Origin: Antechinus flavipes
Taxonomy: Eukaryota
Assembly: GCF_016432865.1 (NCBI RefSeq)
Contig: NC_067401.1
Coordinates: 111,166,001 to 111,230,000 of the forward strand
Length of the DNA: 64,000 bases
Direction of reading: 5' to 3'
Shown: one piece after another, positions 53,672 through 64,000 of the stretch
How positions within the stretch are numbered: the first letter of the stretch is position 1
Layout of the letters: each line of letters opens with the position of its first letter
Made by a program: the position numbers and the translations under genes
Notes under the pieces: model-generated
Told to the model about the DNA's origin: nothing
What the model saw: only the letters and a program-made list of their open reading frames with translations
Databases searched by the model: none

Positions 53672-56600
53672 ATGGAGTCTTCCAGCCCAGAGTCGGATAA
53701 TAGCTGGGTGATTGCTGGCTCGGAGGTGAGGCCGGGGAGAGGCTGGGAATGTCATGAGAGACCCCGAATGTGACTGGGTCGGGTGGGGGTGGGGATTCCC
53801 CAGACCCTTCCCTCCTTGGTTCTGAGTATCCTCACTGGCTGAAGAGTCCTTATCCACCAAGGCTTCAGTTTGATGGAGACAATATATAGAGAGAGACCTC
53901 CAGCCCCCCAAGGATGCAGACCCAGGCCCATAGACAGATAAAGGTAGCCAGGCAGAAGGATTAGTTACTAGTACTTGAGACTGGGAAGTGGATAGGGTGA
54001 GTGGAGCCAGAGGCATTAGTCTAAGAAGGCTTCCTTGAGAAGTCTAGTACAAAATAGGGTCAGGAGAGCAGGTTACAAGGTAACTCTGGGGGGTTGGAAT
54101 GATCCCTTCCGTGAGGAATGAGGGAGATGTAGTGGAAATAATGGGACAGGTTGCTCAGATAGAAGAGTAAAATAAGAATTGTGGAAGGGAAAAGGAAGAG
54201 GAGCCTTAAGAAATCTGAAGTCCTTGGGGGAGAAGCAGGAAAGCACTCTCAATACTGAGGAGGCAGCTGATGTCCAGAGTGCTGAACCCTTTCTTTCCCC
54301 TGATACCTTGTGTAGATTTGAATGACTGGGAGAATGGGTGAGAAGCAGGAGGTCCACAGATGAGGTCGCAAAGAGAGAGGGTGGGTTGACTATATTTCTG
54401 AATGATTAAATAAGGGGAGTTAGAGGAAGGAGCAGACTCATTGAGGAGAGGGGAATTAATCAGCATTCTAAACACTTAGTACTGTGTGCAAGACACTGCA
54501 TCAGAAATGTAGAAGTAAAGAAGACAGATGTATGGATGGAGCCTCGGCAGTTGTAGCATCTCCTAAATACCTATGCTCCAGCTAAAGCAGTGAGTCAGAG
54601 GCTAAAGGGCCTCAGAAACGGTACGGGCCCTGCCTGCCTCTGAGAGCTTAAGGGGAGAGACAGGATTTAAATAGAGAGAGCAAACAGCCCTCACAAAAGG
54701 TGCATGGAATAGAGTGAGTTGGAAGCAGAGTCTCTCTACGGTAGACCACAGGATCAGAAATCTGTGTGTTCTGTGTCCAGATAAATTATGGAATTGGTAA
54801 CAATTGCCATGCTGTGTTCTGGTGGCACTAACAGTACTTCATGAGTCTCATGCTTTCAGGTGGTCTATCCTGCCACTTATATGATAAGGGCTGAATGACA
54901 GGTATAAACAGTGGCTATGAGATTTTAGGAAAAGACTGGTGATTGACATTCATATGATATCTTAAAAGTTTTTAAAGCACTTTATCCATTATCTCATTTG
55001 AGCCAGATAACAGCTGTGGGATGGACCCCAGAGTGTTGTTATTATTTTCCTGTTTGTAGAAATGAAGGCTCAGAGAGGTCAGTGACTTTGTGGTCACACG
55101 GCAAAGTGGTATTTTTAACCACTCTTTAGAATTCCAAATCCAGCAAGATCTTTGCTCTAAGACACTGCCCCTTGGCTCGGAGAACACAGTGGGCTGAGCT
55201 GGCTGGTGACTGTTCTTCTGGGAGGTGGGGCTTGAGCTAGGTCTTAAAGGATCTCAGAGGGATGAGTTGGGACAGTATGAGCAAATGGACAGAACTAGGA
55301 ATACACCACACACATGACATTTTTTAGAAATAGTGACCACATTCATTTGTGGGTTTGGAGTAGAGGGTTCATCTGGAGGGAGGAGTAAGAGATCAGGCTG
55401 GAATGGTAGTTTGGGAACAGACTGTGGAGGGCCTAAGTTTTCATTTAATTCAATTAACATTGATTCTTCACAAGGCAGTGTAGCTCCTGAAGTGAACTAA
55501 AACTTGGTTCTGACCTTTAAGAATCTTAAACCTGAGGATGTGCTCAAATACAGAGAGAGGGAGAGGGACTAATGATTTAATTATTTATGATTTAATTAGT
55601 ACAGGGAACTCCCCAATAAGGAAATCCCCTTGGCCTCTGAAGGAGGCCCGTTCTCTTAACTGTCCAGGCTAAGAGGCTGAGTGAGAGGCAGTGACTTATT
55701 TTAGGTGACAGCTGCAGTCCTTGTCAGTGGTGGGCCATGAACCGAGGCCTCCTTGGCTTTGGGACCAGCTTTCTTTACAGAAATAACGAATGTGAATTTG
55801 AATATGTCAGGTGCAGAAATGGCCTTAGAGGTCATCTGGTCTAGACATCTCATTTTACAGCTAAAGAAACTGAATCCCAAAGAGCTTGTGAAATAACTTC
55901 CCTCATTTTGTACCAGCGTGACAGAGCTGATGTGAGAGCCACAGGTGTCCTTGCCACACCACCACCACATTGGAGAAGAAAGGGGAGTTGTAGCGGTCTT
56001 ATAGCTGAGGCGATAGGGCAGGGAGTGGACAGGCTTGCTGAAGGAAAGGATGCAGAGAGAGAAGATGAGGGTCACGGACTGTGTCATGGGTCTGCTAAAG
56101 CTCAGCCCCAGCCCGAAGTACCCAGATGGAGCACTGGAGAGGGTGGGCAGGCAGCAGCTTTCACCAGCAGTAAATGGCATCCTTCTTCCTCCAGGGCTGT
56201 TTGCCAGTAGAGACCCTGGGCCCAGAATCTGAGACAGCTCCACAGACCTCAACGGGTGGACATGCAGGAGCCGTGGATGGAGAGGGTAAAGAGCCTTGGG
56301 AGGGAGGGGAGCAGATCTGCTTCTGGATTCCCTTGGAAGAGAGTTCCCATGCCTCCTTTTACTGCTCGTCACTTCAGCCTCCTACTCTCTCCACCCTCTA
56401 TATCAGTTGATTTCCATGTTCACTTTGTTCTTGTCCTTTGCTCACTCTAAACTGGAGCCAGAGAGACTTGTTGGGCATACAGGGGGCCAGTTCTTCTGGA
56501 GGAGGCTGAGGAGCAGTTTCTCTGAGCCTTCTTCCCAACTCTCTCCCTTCCCCCAGCACCTGCTGTTCCCCAGAAGCCTCCTGTCCAGCCTGATTCTGGC

Positions 56601-59600
56601 CTCTCAGAGGATGTCACAGATGTCAAGGTAGGTCCCTCCCTGGGGAAGGGATGGCAGCTAAAAGCATTGGGGATTGGCAGGCTTGCTTTTAAGTCTCCAC
56701 TTTTGAATTGACTCATTGTGACCGTTAGACTATCTCCTCTTCTGTAAAATGGGGGACGAGGAGCAGAAGCCACGCTCAGGGCTCTTACCGTGTGTCAGGT
56801 TTCCCTGGAAAGCAGCGGGAAAAGCTTGGACCTCCCAAGTCCAGAGGAAGAAAAGACAAAGGGGAAGCCGCCAGAGGCCACAGAAGGGGCAGAGCTGGAA
56901 TCAGACATCCTGGATCAGAGGGACCCAAAGACTGTCCCTCAGCCCCCTAAAGCAGGTGAGGAGCCTGCCTCCCTCTCTCCTTTGTCGGCCCTGTCCTGCC
57001 TGATGCTTCCGTCTCTCCCGCCAGCCTTCCCCAGAGTGCCGGGTCACCATTTCCCCTTGCTGGATAGCTTCTAGCCCTGAGTACGGGCCCCTGGGCTCCC
57101 ATGGAAATCTTCTGGTTCTCACATGTGATCCTCACGCCAACCCTGCTCGATGGGCAGGGCGGTCGTTCTTATTTTCATGTTGAAGCCCAGAGTCGCATGG
57201 CTAGTGAGCACTGGGGCCAACATGGCCAGTGGGGGGACTGCAGCCGCTCGGTCTCCGCCTTCTTGGTGTCTTTGCGACTTTACTGCTGAGTCTCCCCTTC
57301 TGCCTTTCCCCAGCTCTAGGTGAGGTTGGCGAAGGATTCAGCTGTTCCAGTAGTGAGGACGACCTCGATGTGGAGGGCCTGAGGAGACGTCGGGGCCGGG
57401 CGTCCAACCCGCTCCGTCCTCCAGCCTCCTTGGGGGTGCATGAGCAGGCCGGCAGCGAGGGAGGAAGTGGGGAGCTCGGGCTCACCCTGAACACTTGTCT
57501 CCTTGGCGCTCTGGTCCTCGTGGGGCTCGGCTTCCTCTTCTTCTCCGGTGAGCACCCCGTCCTCCCTCTCCAGCCCCTGCTCCCCCTCTCCTGTCCAAAC
57601 CTCGCTCCTTTCTCTGACCAGTGTCCTGATTCTGCTTTTCCTCTCCCTATCCCCTCTCCCCCACCTTGTTGCCCGAGGGGACTCACCCAGACTCCTCCCT
57701 CTGTCTCCAGGTGGTTTCTCTGACCTTGAGGCTGGTGAGTGAGCGGGGGGCCTGGCTCCGGTCTATGTAGCTGATATTTTAGTTCTCAGACTGCCTGCCT
57801 GGGAGCTGGGGGTGGAGGGGAGAATGAATGATTGTCTGTCTTTTCCAATATGTAAAGTAAGTTTAAGGGTAATCCTAATCAGAGTTCCTGGGCTACAGGA
57901 TCTTAGAGATCTGAGAGGAAGGAGGGCGGTAAGGGAGAGAGGAAGGAGGGGGACAAGTGTGTGTCCCTCTGACTGTACCATAAAATTGCACTGAGACAGT
58001 TTGGGATTCTTCATTGTTCTGTAGGATTTGGGCAGGTGGTGAGGAGCCAGCTTCCCATTCTGTCTCTTTCTTTGCCAGGGCCAGCAGAGAACTTGGAACC
58101 AGAAGTGACCCCAGAGTCTGAGTCTCAAGACGTTCAGGATATCCAGGTGGTGTTCGTGTCTCTGTGTCTGGGGCTCACTCCCATGTGTATATATCTGTGC
58201 AGTGGGGGCTGGTTCTGGTTATGTGTGTGTGACCCCAGCCTTCCTGTCCCCAAGGGTGGTCTGAGGCAGCAGCAACAGGCCGAAAGTCTCCCAAACCTCC
58301 AGTCCATGAGCCTCCTGCTGGACAAGCTGGCCAAAGAGAATCAGGACATCCGACTCCTTCAGGCCCAGTTGCAGGTAGGAGAGCAGGCTGCTTGTCAGCT
58401 GGTAGGGCACTACTGTTTATGATGATGAATAATGGGAAAAACATTGGCCTTGGGGGATCACTGAAAGTTTGGGTAAGCCCCCTGCCTCCTGCTGTGGCCC
58501 TCAGTATTTCATCTGTGCAATGGGCTGGGTGGTTAATTTATCTCTGAGATCCCTTCCAGTTCTGATACTCTCCGATTCGAGTCGAGAGGAGAGCTTCCCT
58601 GTGTGGCCTTTGGGGCTTTGGTGATGGCAGAGTTCTCTCTCTAGAGGGAATTGGAGGTGAAAGAGCAGCCATTTGGGGGGCATGGTTACCGCCCCCTCCC
58701 ACATTCCTGTCTCCCTGCGGGCTTCCTAGGCCATGACTGGTAGTTCAGCTCTCTCCCCATCCTCTTCCTCCCTGCCAGGCTCAGAAGGAAGAGCTCCAGA
58801 ACTTGCTACACAGACACCCGGGCCTGGAGGAGGAGAACGAGAGGCTGCGGGGGGCCCTGCAGCAGCGAGAAGCCTCCCAGCGGGTGCTGGAATTGGAGAT
58901 GCAGGAGCTCCGGAGCCGCCTGGGGGAGCTGGAGGAGACCTACTCGCAGACGGTGGATGGGACCTGCCAGAGTGCGGGGAAGACCCCCGAAGCGGCAGAG
59001 CCCCAGGGCTTCCTGGAGCAGAAGCAGCGGTTGGAGGCCGAGGCCCAGACGCTGTGCAAGGAGCTAGAGAAGCAGAGGCTGCTGCTGAGCTCAGTGCAGA
59101 GGGAGCTGGAGAGGAGCCTTCATGAATCGGGGCTGGGGGACGGGGACCGAGCCGATCTGGCGGAGTTGGGGCGGAGGCTGGCTGCGGAGCTGCAGAGGGC
59201 AGCGAGCTGGGGCCCCAGCGAGGGCCGGGCCTCCAGGGGTCTGGCCAACACATCTGAGGCCTGGGAGCAAGGAGGAGCCCACTTCAGGAGCCCCCGGGAG
59301 TCCGGTCAGAAGGAGAAGTGGAAGGACAGCCACGGGGACCACAAGGCGGAGAAGTGGAAGCACAAGAAGGAGGAGTATGGTGGTGAAAGAAAGAAGAGCT
59401 TCAAAGGCAAAGGAGACGGGCGGTCAGAGAAGTGGAAGGAAGAGAAGCAAGGGCCTGCAGAGTTCGGGGGCAAGGACCGTAGGGAGTGGAAAGGGATGAA
59501 GGAGCTTCCCAGGAAGAGCTGGGGAGGCTCCCGAGGCAGTGAGGGGCAGAAGCACCCAGCACCGAGGGAAGGGGCCAAGGGCAGTGGCCCCGGCCCCCGG

Positions 59601-60472
59601 GACCCCCAGCTGACCTGGAGGAAGGTGCTGAGCCACAAGTACCGCCTGCCGCAGGGCTGCTCCGGCGTCACCGAGTGCGCCCGCCAGGAAGGGCTCGACA
59701 CCTTTGGGGTGGAGTTGCCCCCGGTTCGGAAACAGGAGCTGGCGGCGCTGCTGCAGAAGTACTTGGCCCGGCTGCCCTGGGGCCAGCGGCTTCCTGAGCC
59801 TCTCTCCTTCCTGTCCTCCTACTTCGGTGAGGACGGCCTCTTCCGCCACGACCGCCTTCGCTTCTCGGACTTTGTGGAGGCCATGGAGGACAGCCTGGAG
59901 GAGGCCGCGGTCAGAGAGACGGGCGATGACGATGAAGTCGATGACTTTGAGGACTTCATCTTTGGCCATTTCTTGGGGGACAAGGCGCTGAGGAAGAGGT
60001 CTGGGAGCCCCGGGGGGAGAAGTCCGGGGCTGTGGGAGGGGCAGGGTTGGGTGTGCTGGAGCTGGCCCAGGAAATGGTTCACTAAAGAACTAAGGAGTTA
60101 GAAGGTTCAAGGCTTAGTGTGGGGTTTGGCTCCAGCGGGCTCCACTGAAAGTTGGCTCTCCTCCCTGGCCTCCCCATCACTGTGGCTGCCGCCTTTCAGA
60201 CTGGAGACCAGAGCTGGGGGCGGGCGGCAGTCCTTCACCAGGGAAGGAGACGGGGTGGGCCCTGGGCCTTTGTGTGCATGTGTGAGGGTCTTTGGGCCGC
60301 CTCCAGGAGCCACTTTTCTGTCCGCTTACCCTCGGGCTTGTTTCACTGGGGTCGGTCTGCGTCCTGGGGTCGGCACTCACATTAACCCACCCGTGTCCCT
60401 GCCGTGTCTCCCTGCAGGTCTGGGAAGAAGGACAAGTATCAGAAGGGGCCCAGGAACTACCGGGAAGGCTGA
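53672..60472 (+). CDS. PBXIP1: Pre-B-cell leukemia transcription factor-interacting protein 1 (HPIP), 697 aa
   Basis: Exons 53672-53725, 56195-56285, 56557-56627, 56799-56955, 57314-57547, 57711-57734, 58079-58146, 58255-58374, 58779-59998, 60418-60472 (2094 nt, phases consistent). Motifs SDNSWVIAGSE, EGLRRRR, hydrophobic CLLGALVLVGLGFLFFSG, LLDKLAKENQDIRLLQAQLQ, FRHDRLRF, DDDEVDDFEDFIF. Confidence 0.95.
54960..55170 (-). mobile_element. MIR SINE
   Basis: aaagcactttatccattatctcatttgagcc...gaaatgaaggctcagagaggtcagtgactttgtggtcacac. Confidence 0.8.
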
Positions 60473-61113
60473 GGAAGATGGCTGCGGGGCTCGGTGCCCG
60501 GCGTTTGCCCACTGCTCCGCCCAGCCATCAGAGAGATGGGGGGGCCTGGCCTCCTTCGGTTTTTAGCGGTCACTGCATGGGTGTGGTGTGTTTGGGGAGG
60601 TCTGCGACCCCGGGGGGCATTAACATCGCACCTCCCCCTGGCACCGGCTCCGCCTTCGCTGCCAGGAGTGAGTAGGTTGAGAGCTCAGACCCCAGCTTGC
60701 TCAGGAGTTGCCACTTTAGCTTGGAAGTGCTCTGACGCTGCTTATGCTTATTTATGTGTGTGGGTACAGTCGGGCCTCTCCCCCCTCGGGTTCCTGCATG
60801 GAGACCCGGCTGGCTCTGGCCCAAGCAACATGTGCCAAAGTGGGGCGCGGGGGCAGGGCAAGGGCCCCACGGGGGAGCCAGTCCTGCCCAGAGGCTTGTG
60901 CCCCCCCCCCACGGCCTTCTGTGTGTGTGTGCCAGGTGCGGGGGCTGCTGGGGAAGACTCCCCCTCCCGCCCCCGCCATGCTCTGTTTGCTCCATGTGGG
61001 ATGCACTTGTGGGGGCCTGGGGCCCGCTTAGATTTGTCTGTAGGTGTAGAGTTGGGTGACCCACTCCCTTGCTTCCAGGCTTTTGACTTGGACACTCGGT
61101 CAACACTGAATTC

Positions 61114-61119
61114 AATAAA
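61114..61119 (+). terminator. PBXIP1 polyadenylation signal AATAAA
   Basis: About 640 nt after the stop, followed by GU-rich sequence. Confidence 0.8.
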
Positions 61120-61407
61120 GTGCCTTTGTTGGTAAGGTGGCTGTGGCTGTTTGGTGGGGGGTGGGATGGGGCCCTCTCACTGTGGGTCCGAGTCGTGGAG
61201 ATCGTCTGTCCCAGCCCCGCTCCCAGATACTTCACCTTCATCCCCAGCGTTGAGGCTCCAAGCCCAGCACTTACTCCCGACCTCCCTGCCCAGCCATCAT
61301 CCCTGACAGTTCCCTTCCACCCAGCTGGGCTGCTCCCTTGGCCCAGCCCCAGAGCTTGTTCCTCAGGTTCCCCGCCATCTCTGGATATTGGGGTGGGGGT
61401 GAAAGGG

Positions 61408-61421
61408 GCACTAGGTGGCGC
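61408..61421 (+). promoter_or_regulatory. CTCF-like motif downstream of PBXIP1
   Basis: GCACTAGGTGGCGC; one mismatch to CCASYAGRKGGCRS. Confidence 0.6.
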
Positions 61422-62754
61422 ACTGGCTTCACATTTTTGTCAATTTTGTCACATTTTGTAATGGACAAAGAACCCAAAAGTCCCATGATCCTCTGTCTCT
61501 CCGCCAAATGTAGCTGGCAGTCCTATTTCTAAATCTCTTTAGGGAAGGGAGTCCTTATACTTTCCCTTGGTGACCTCACGAAGTCCTTCCTGAGCTCTGA
61601 TCCCACTTGCTACTTTTGGGGCTCCTAACTCTCCCCTTAGGAAACCTTCCAAAGGAGCCGCTCAGGCAGAATGGCATTTCTGGGGAGCCGAGTCTGGCTC
61701 CTTGGAATGGGGGTGGGGAGAGAAGAGCCAAAAGGTCAGGAGACTGATGCTGCTATTGCCCAGAGCCTGGGGGGGGGGTGAGGATCGGAGGAGGGGGGCT
61801 TTGAGGGGAAGCTCAGCTGGGGAGGCAGCTAATGGCTGAAGCTGATTTTGAGCTTAGGTCTATCCAGACCAGAAAAACGCTCTGTCCGCTGGACCACCTA
61901 CTGCTAAGGAAGAGATGAGAACAGGAAAGGTGGGTCAAAGGGAAGGGCCTTTAGTCTTGCCTTATCCAGGCAGAGGCTGTAATTTATGCGTCTTCTGGAC
62001 CATCTCCAGGGGCAGAGTAGTTAACTGACTACATGTGAACTTTATAGCATGTGAGACTAGGATTTTTACGCTGACAAGAACCACCATCTCCTGAATCAAC
62101 ATTACTCTCCCTGAGGCTAGGAATGATTTCATTTTTGGTCTGTGTTTCTAACTTCAAAAGCAGCCCCTTGCACAAAGCTTGTGGTTAAGAATTGTTTGCT
62201 GAATAAAGGAAACAGGCCTAGAAAGGGGAAGAACTGCTACCAAAAAAACCCCCCAAAAATGGTAGCAGCAGAATCTGGATCCCAGAATTCAGGACCCTGC
62301 TGTGGACAGGAGGTCCAGATTGTCCTGGAGGGGCCTCTGTGCTGCTCAGCAGCCCAGGACAGGCCCGGGGACAGGGAGAAAGCTGCCCTCCCTCCTGGGA
62401 CTCTGGAGATGCTGATTGTAGGTTTGGACCTGCCTTTCAAACAGTTTCCATTCTCAGGCTTCTTTCATTTGCATAATGAGCTCGGGGGGTGCCCAGGAGG
62501 TTCCCCCAGTTCCTCTACCCCCTCAGGAAACAGACATGATGAGCTAGAGAGTTTTCAAGCAGCGGAGTCAGAGAAAAAAATGAGGCAAACATGGGTGCCC
62601 TGACCCCCAATCAATGTACCTCTGTAGGCCTCAGTTTCCCTTCCCTTTTCTGGGGAATCGTAGGATTTAAAGATGGAGAATTATATCTTAGCATCTGTCT
62701 CATCCAGGGGCTCTTAATCTGAAGTACATTATTCTAAAAATTTAACTTAAAAAA

Positions 62755-62860
62755 TTTTTTTTTATTGGCAATGGGGATTAAGTGGCTTGTCCAGGGTCAC
62801 ATACCTAGTAATATCTGAGGCTGACTTTGAACTTGGGTCCTCCCCAGTGCTGCCCCTTCC
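62755..62860 (-). mobile_element. Marsupial tRNA/CORE SINE (WSINE1-like), with A-tail
   Basis: tttttttattggcaatggggattaagtggcttgtccagggtcacatacctagt...gctgcccc. Confidence 0.7.
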
Positions 62861-62876
62861 CTAATTTTTTGTGGGG

Positions 62877-63112
62877 GGAGACTGGGCCTCCCTGACTCTT
62901 CCAGGATGGAAGTACAATGGCGCTCACAGGCTAGTTCCACGTGGATGAGCATTGACCTGCACTGTTTCCACCTGGGTTAATTCACCCTTTTTTAGGCGGC
63001 CCGCTGGTACCCCCACGACCACCATCTTGGTGCCAGACTTAGTGCAGGCTCCTAGTCAGCCTGGTCCTACTGTAAAATCTCCAACTCCTGAGCTCAACAG
63101 CCTTATTCTCCC
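62877..63112 (-). pseudogene. 7SL (SRP) RNA retropseudogene, 5'-truncated and diverged
   Basis: Colinear with the reverse complement of 7SL, S domain included: tgacctgcactgtttcc-acctggg..ttcaccc..ttaggc...caccatcttggtgccagacttagtgc...aactcctgagctcaa. Confidence 0.85.
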
Positions 63113-63149
63113 CAGGGAAAGGGACAAGCATTTTATTAAGAGTTTACTC

Positions 63150-63715
63150 TGATGGCAAGAAACTGGAAACTGAGCAGATGCCCATCAGTGGGGGAATGGC
63201 TGAATAAATTGTGGGATATGAATGTTATGGAATATTATTGTTCGGAAAGAAATGGCCAGCAGGAGGATTTCAGAAAGGCCTGGAGAGACTTACACGAACT
63301 GATGCTGAGTGAGATGGGCAGGGCCAGGAGATCATCATACACTTCTACAACAATACTATATGATGATCAATTCTGATGGACATGACTTCTTCAACAATAA
63401 GGTGATTCAGACCAGTTTCAATAGAGTTGTGATGGAGAGAGCCATCTGAGTCCAGAGAGGACTGGGTTTTAAATGTGGATCACAGCATAGTTTTTTTCCT
63501 TTTTTGTTGTTGTTCTTTGCTTGCTTTTTGTTTTCTTTCTCATTTTTTTTCTTTTTGATCTGATTTTTCTTGTGCTGACTTGCTGTCTAGGGAAGGAGGT
63601 GGGGGAAGGGAGGAAAAAAAATTTTGGAACACAAGGTTTTGCAAGGGTGAATGCTGAAAACTCTGCATGTATTTTGAAAATGAAAAGCTATTATTTAAAA
63701 ACAAACAAAAAGCTA
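63150..63715 (+). mobile_element. Marsupial L1 3' end (ORF2 C-terminus plus 3' UTR)
   Basis: 63152-63376 translates to ARNWKLSRCPSVGEWLNKLW...MEYY...WRDLHELMLSE, an ORF2p C-terminal pattern, followed by a 3' UTR and A-rich tail. Confidence 0.9.
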
Positions 63716-63724
63716 AAAAAAGTT

Positions 63725-63855
63725 AAATCTATATTGGATTACTTGCTATCTAGGGGAGGAAGGGAGAAAAATTTGGAACACAAGGTTTTGCAAGGATGAA
63801 TGTTGAAAATTATCTTTATACATATTTTGAAAAATAAAAAAGCTATTATTGTTTT
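63725..63855 (+). mobile_element. Second, very short L1 3' tail
   Basis: Repeats tttggaacacaaggttttgcaagg...aaaagctattatt of the preceding copy. Confidence 0.8.
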
Positions 63856-63859
63856 TTTA

Positions 63860-64000
63860 AAAAAGTTTACTATGTGTCAGGTGCCACATTATAAGCATTA
63901 CAAATACCAGCTCATGTGATCTTCAAAACAACCTTTTAAGGTGCTATTATTATCCCCATTTTATAGTTAGGAAAACTGAGACAGAGGGTTAAATGACTTG
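63860..64000 (-). mobile_element. MIR, running off the window edge
   Basis: ctattattatccccattttatagttaggaaaactgagacagagggttaaatgacttg. Confidence 0.8.

Noticed and set aside
55701-56372. 223-aa antisense ORF in PBXIP1
   Set aside because: Crosses a MIR-like fragment and PBXIP1 exon 3 antisense; no coding hallmarks.
62877-63112. Functional 7SL gene or Alu/B1-like SINE
   Set aside because: 5' end missing and many substitutions rule out a functional gene; the retained S domain rules out Alu/B1.
63152-63376. 74-aa ORF as a novel gene
   Set aside because: C-terminal remnant of L1 ORF2p.

Overview
Mammalian genomic DNA, almost certainly marsupial (MAR1 SINE, marsupial-type L1 3' ends, dense MIR/L2/L3 relics). 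It is syntenic with human 1q21.3. Gene order: ZBTB7B/ThPOK 5' non-coding half (-, CDS beyond the left edge), LENEP (-), FLAD1 (-), CKS1B (-), a bidirectional promoter, SHC1 (+; p66/p52/p46), PYGO2 (+), PBXIP1 (+), then a 7SL pseudogene/SINE/L1 cluster. I rebuilt all six CDSs exon by exon with GT-AG junctions and consistent phases: LENEP 61 aa, FLAD1 484, CKS1B 79, p66Shc 569, PYGO2 406, PBXIP1 697. There is no prokaryotic system or CRISPR array. The most interesting signals are translational. FLAD1 has an AUG-less, in-frame, Arg-rich 28-codon extension starting at a strong-context CUG, a candidate mitochondrial FAD synthase isoform. SHC1 has a splice-assembled MRPWT uORF whose stop overlaps the p52 AUG. 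PYGO2 and p66Shc have further uORFs. Also noted: a probable ThPOK silencer with nearby CTCF-like sites, and CCPG1-like motifs in PBXIP1. All comparisons with human or mouse come from memory and need checking by alignment. Repeat boundaries are approximate, by eye.
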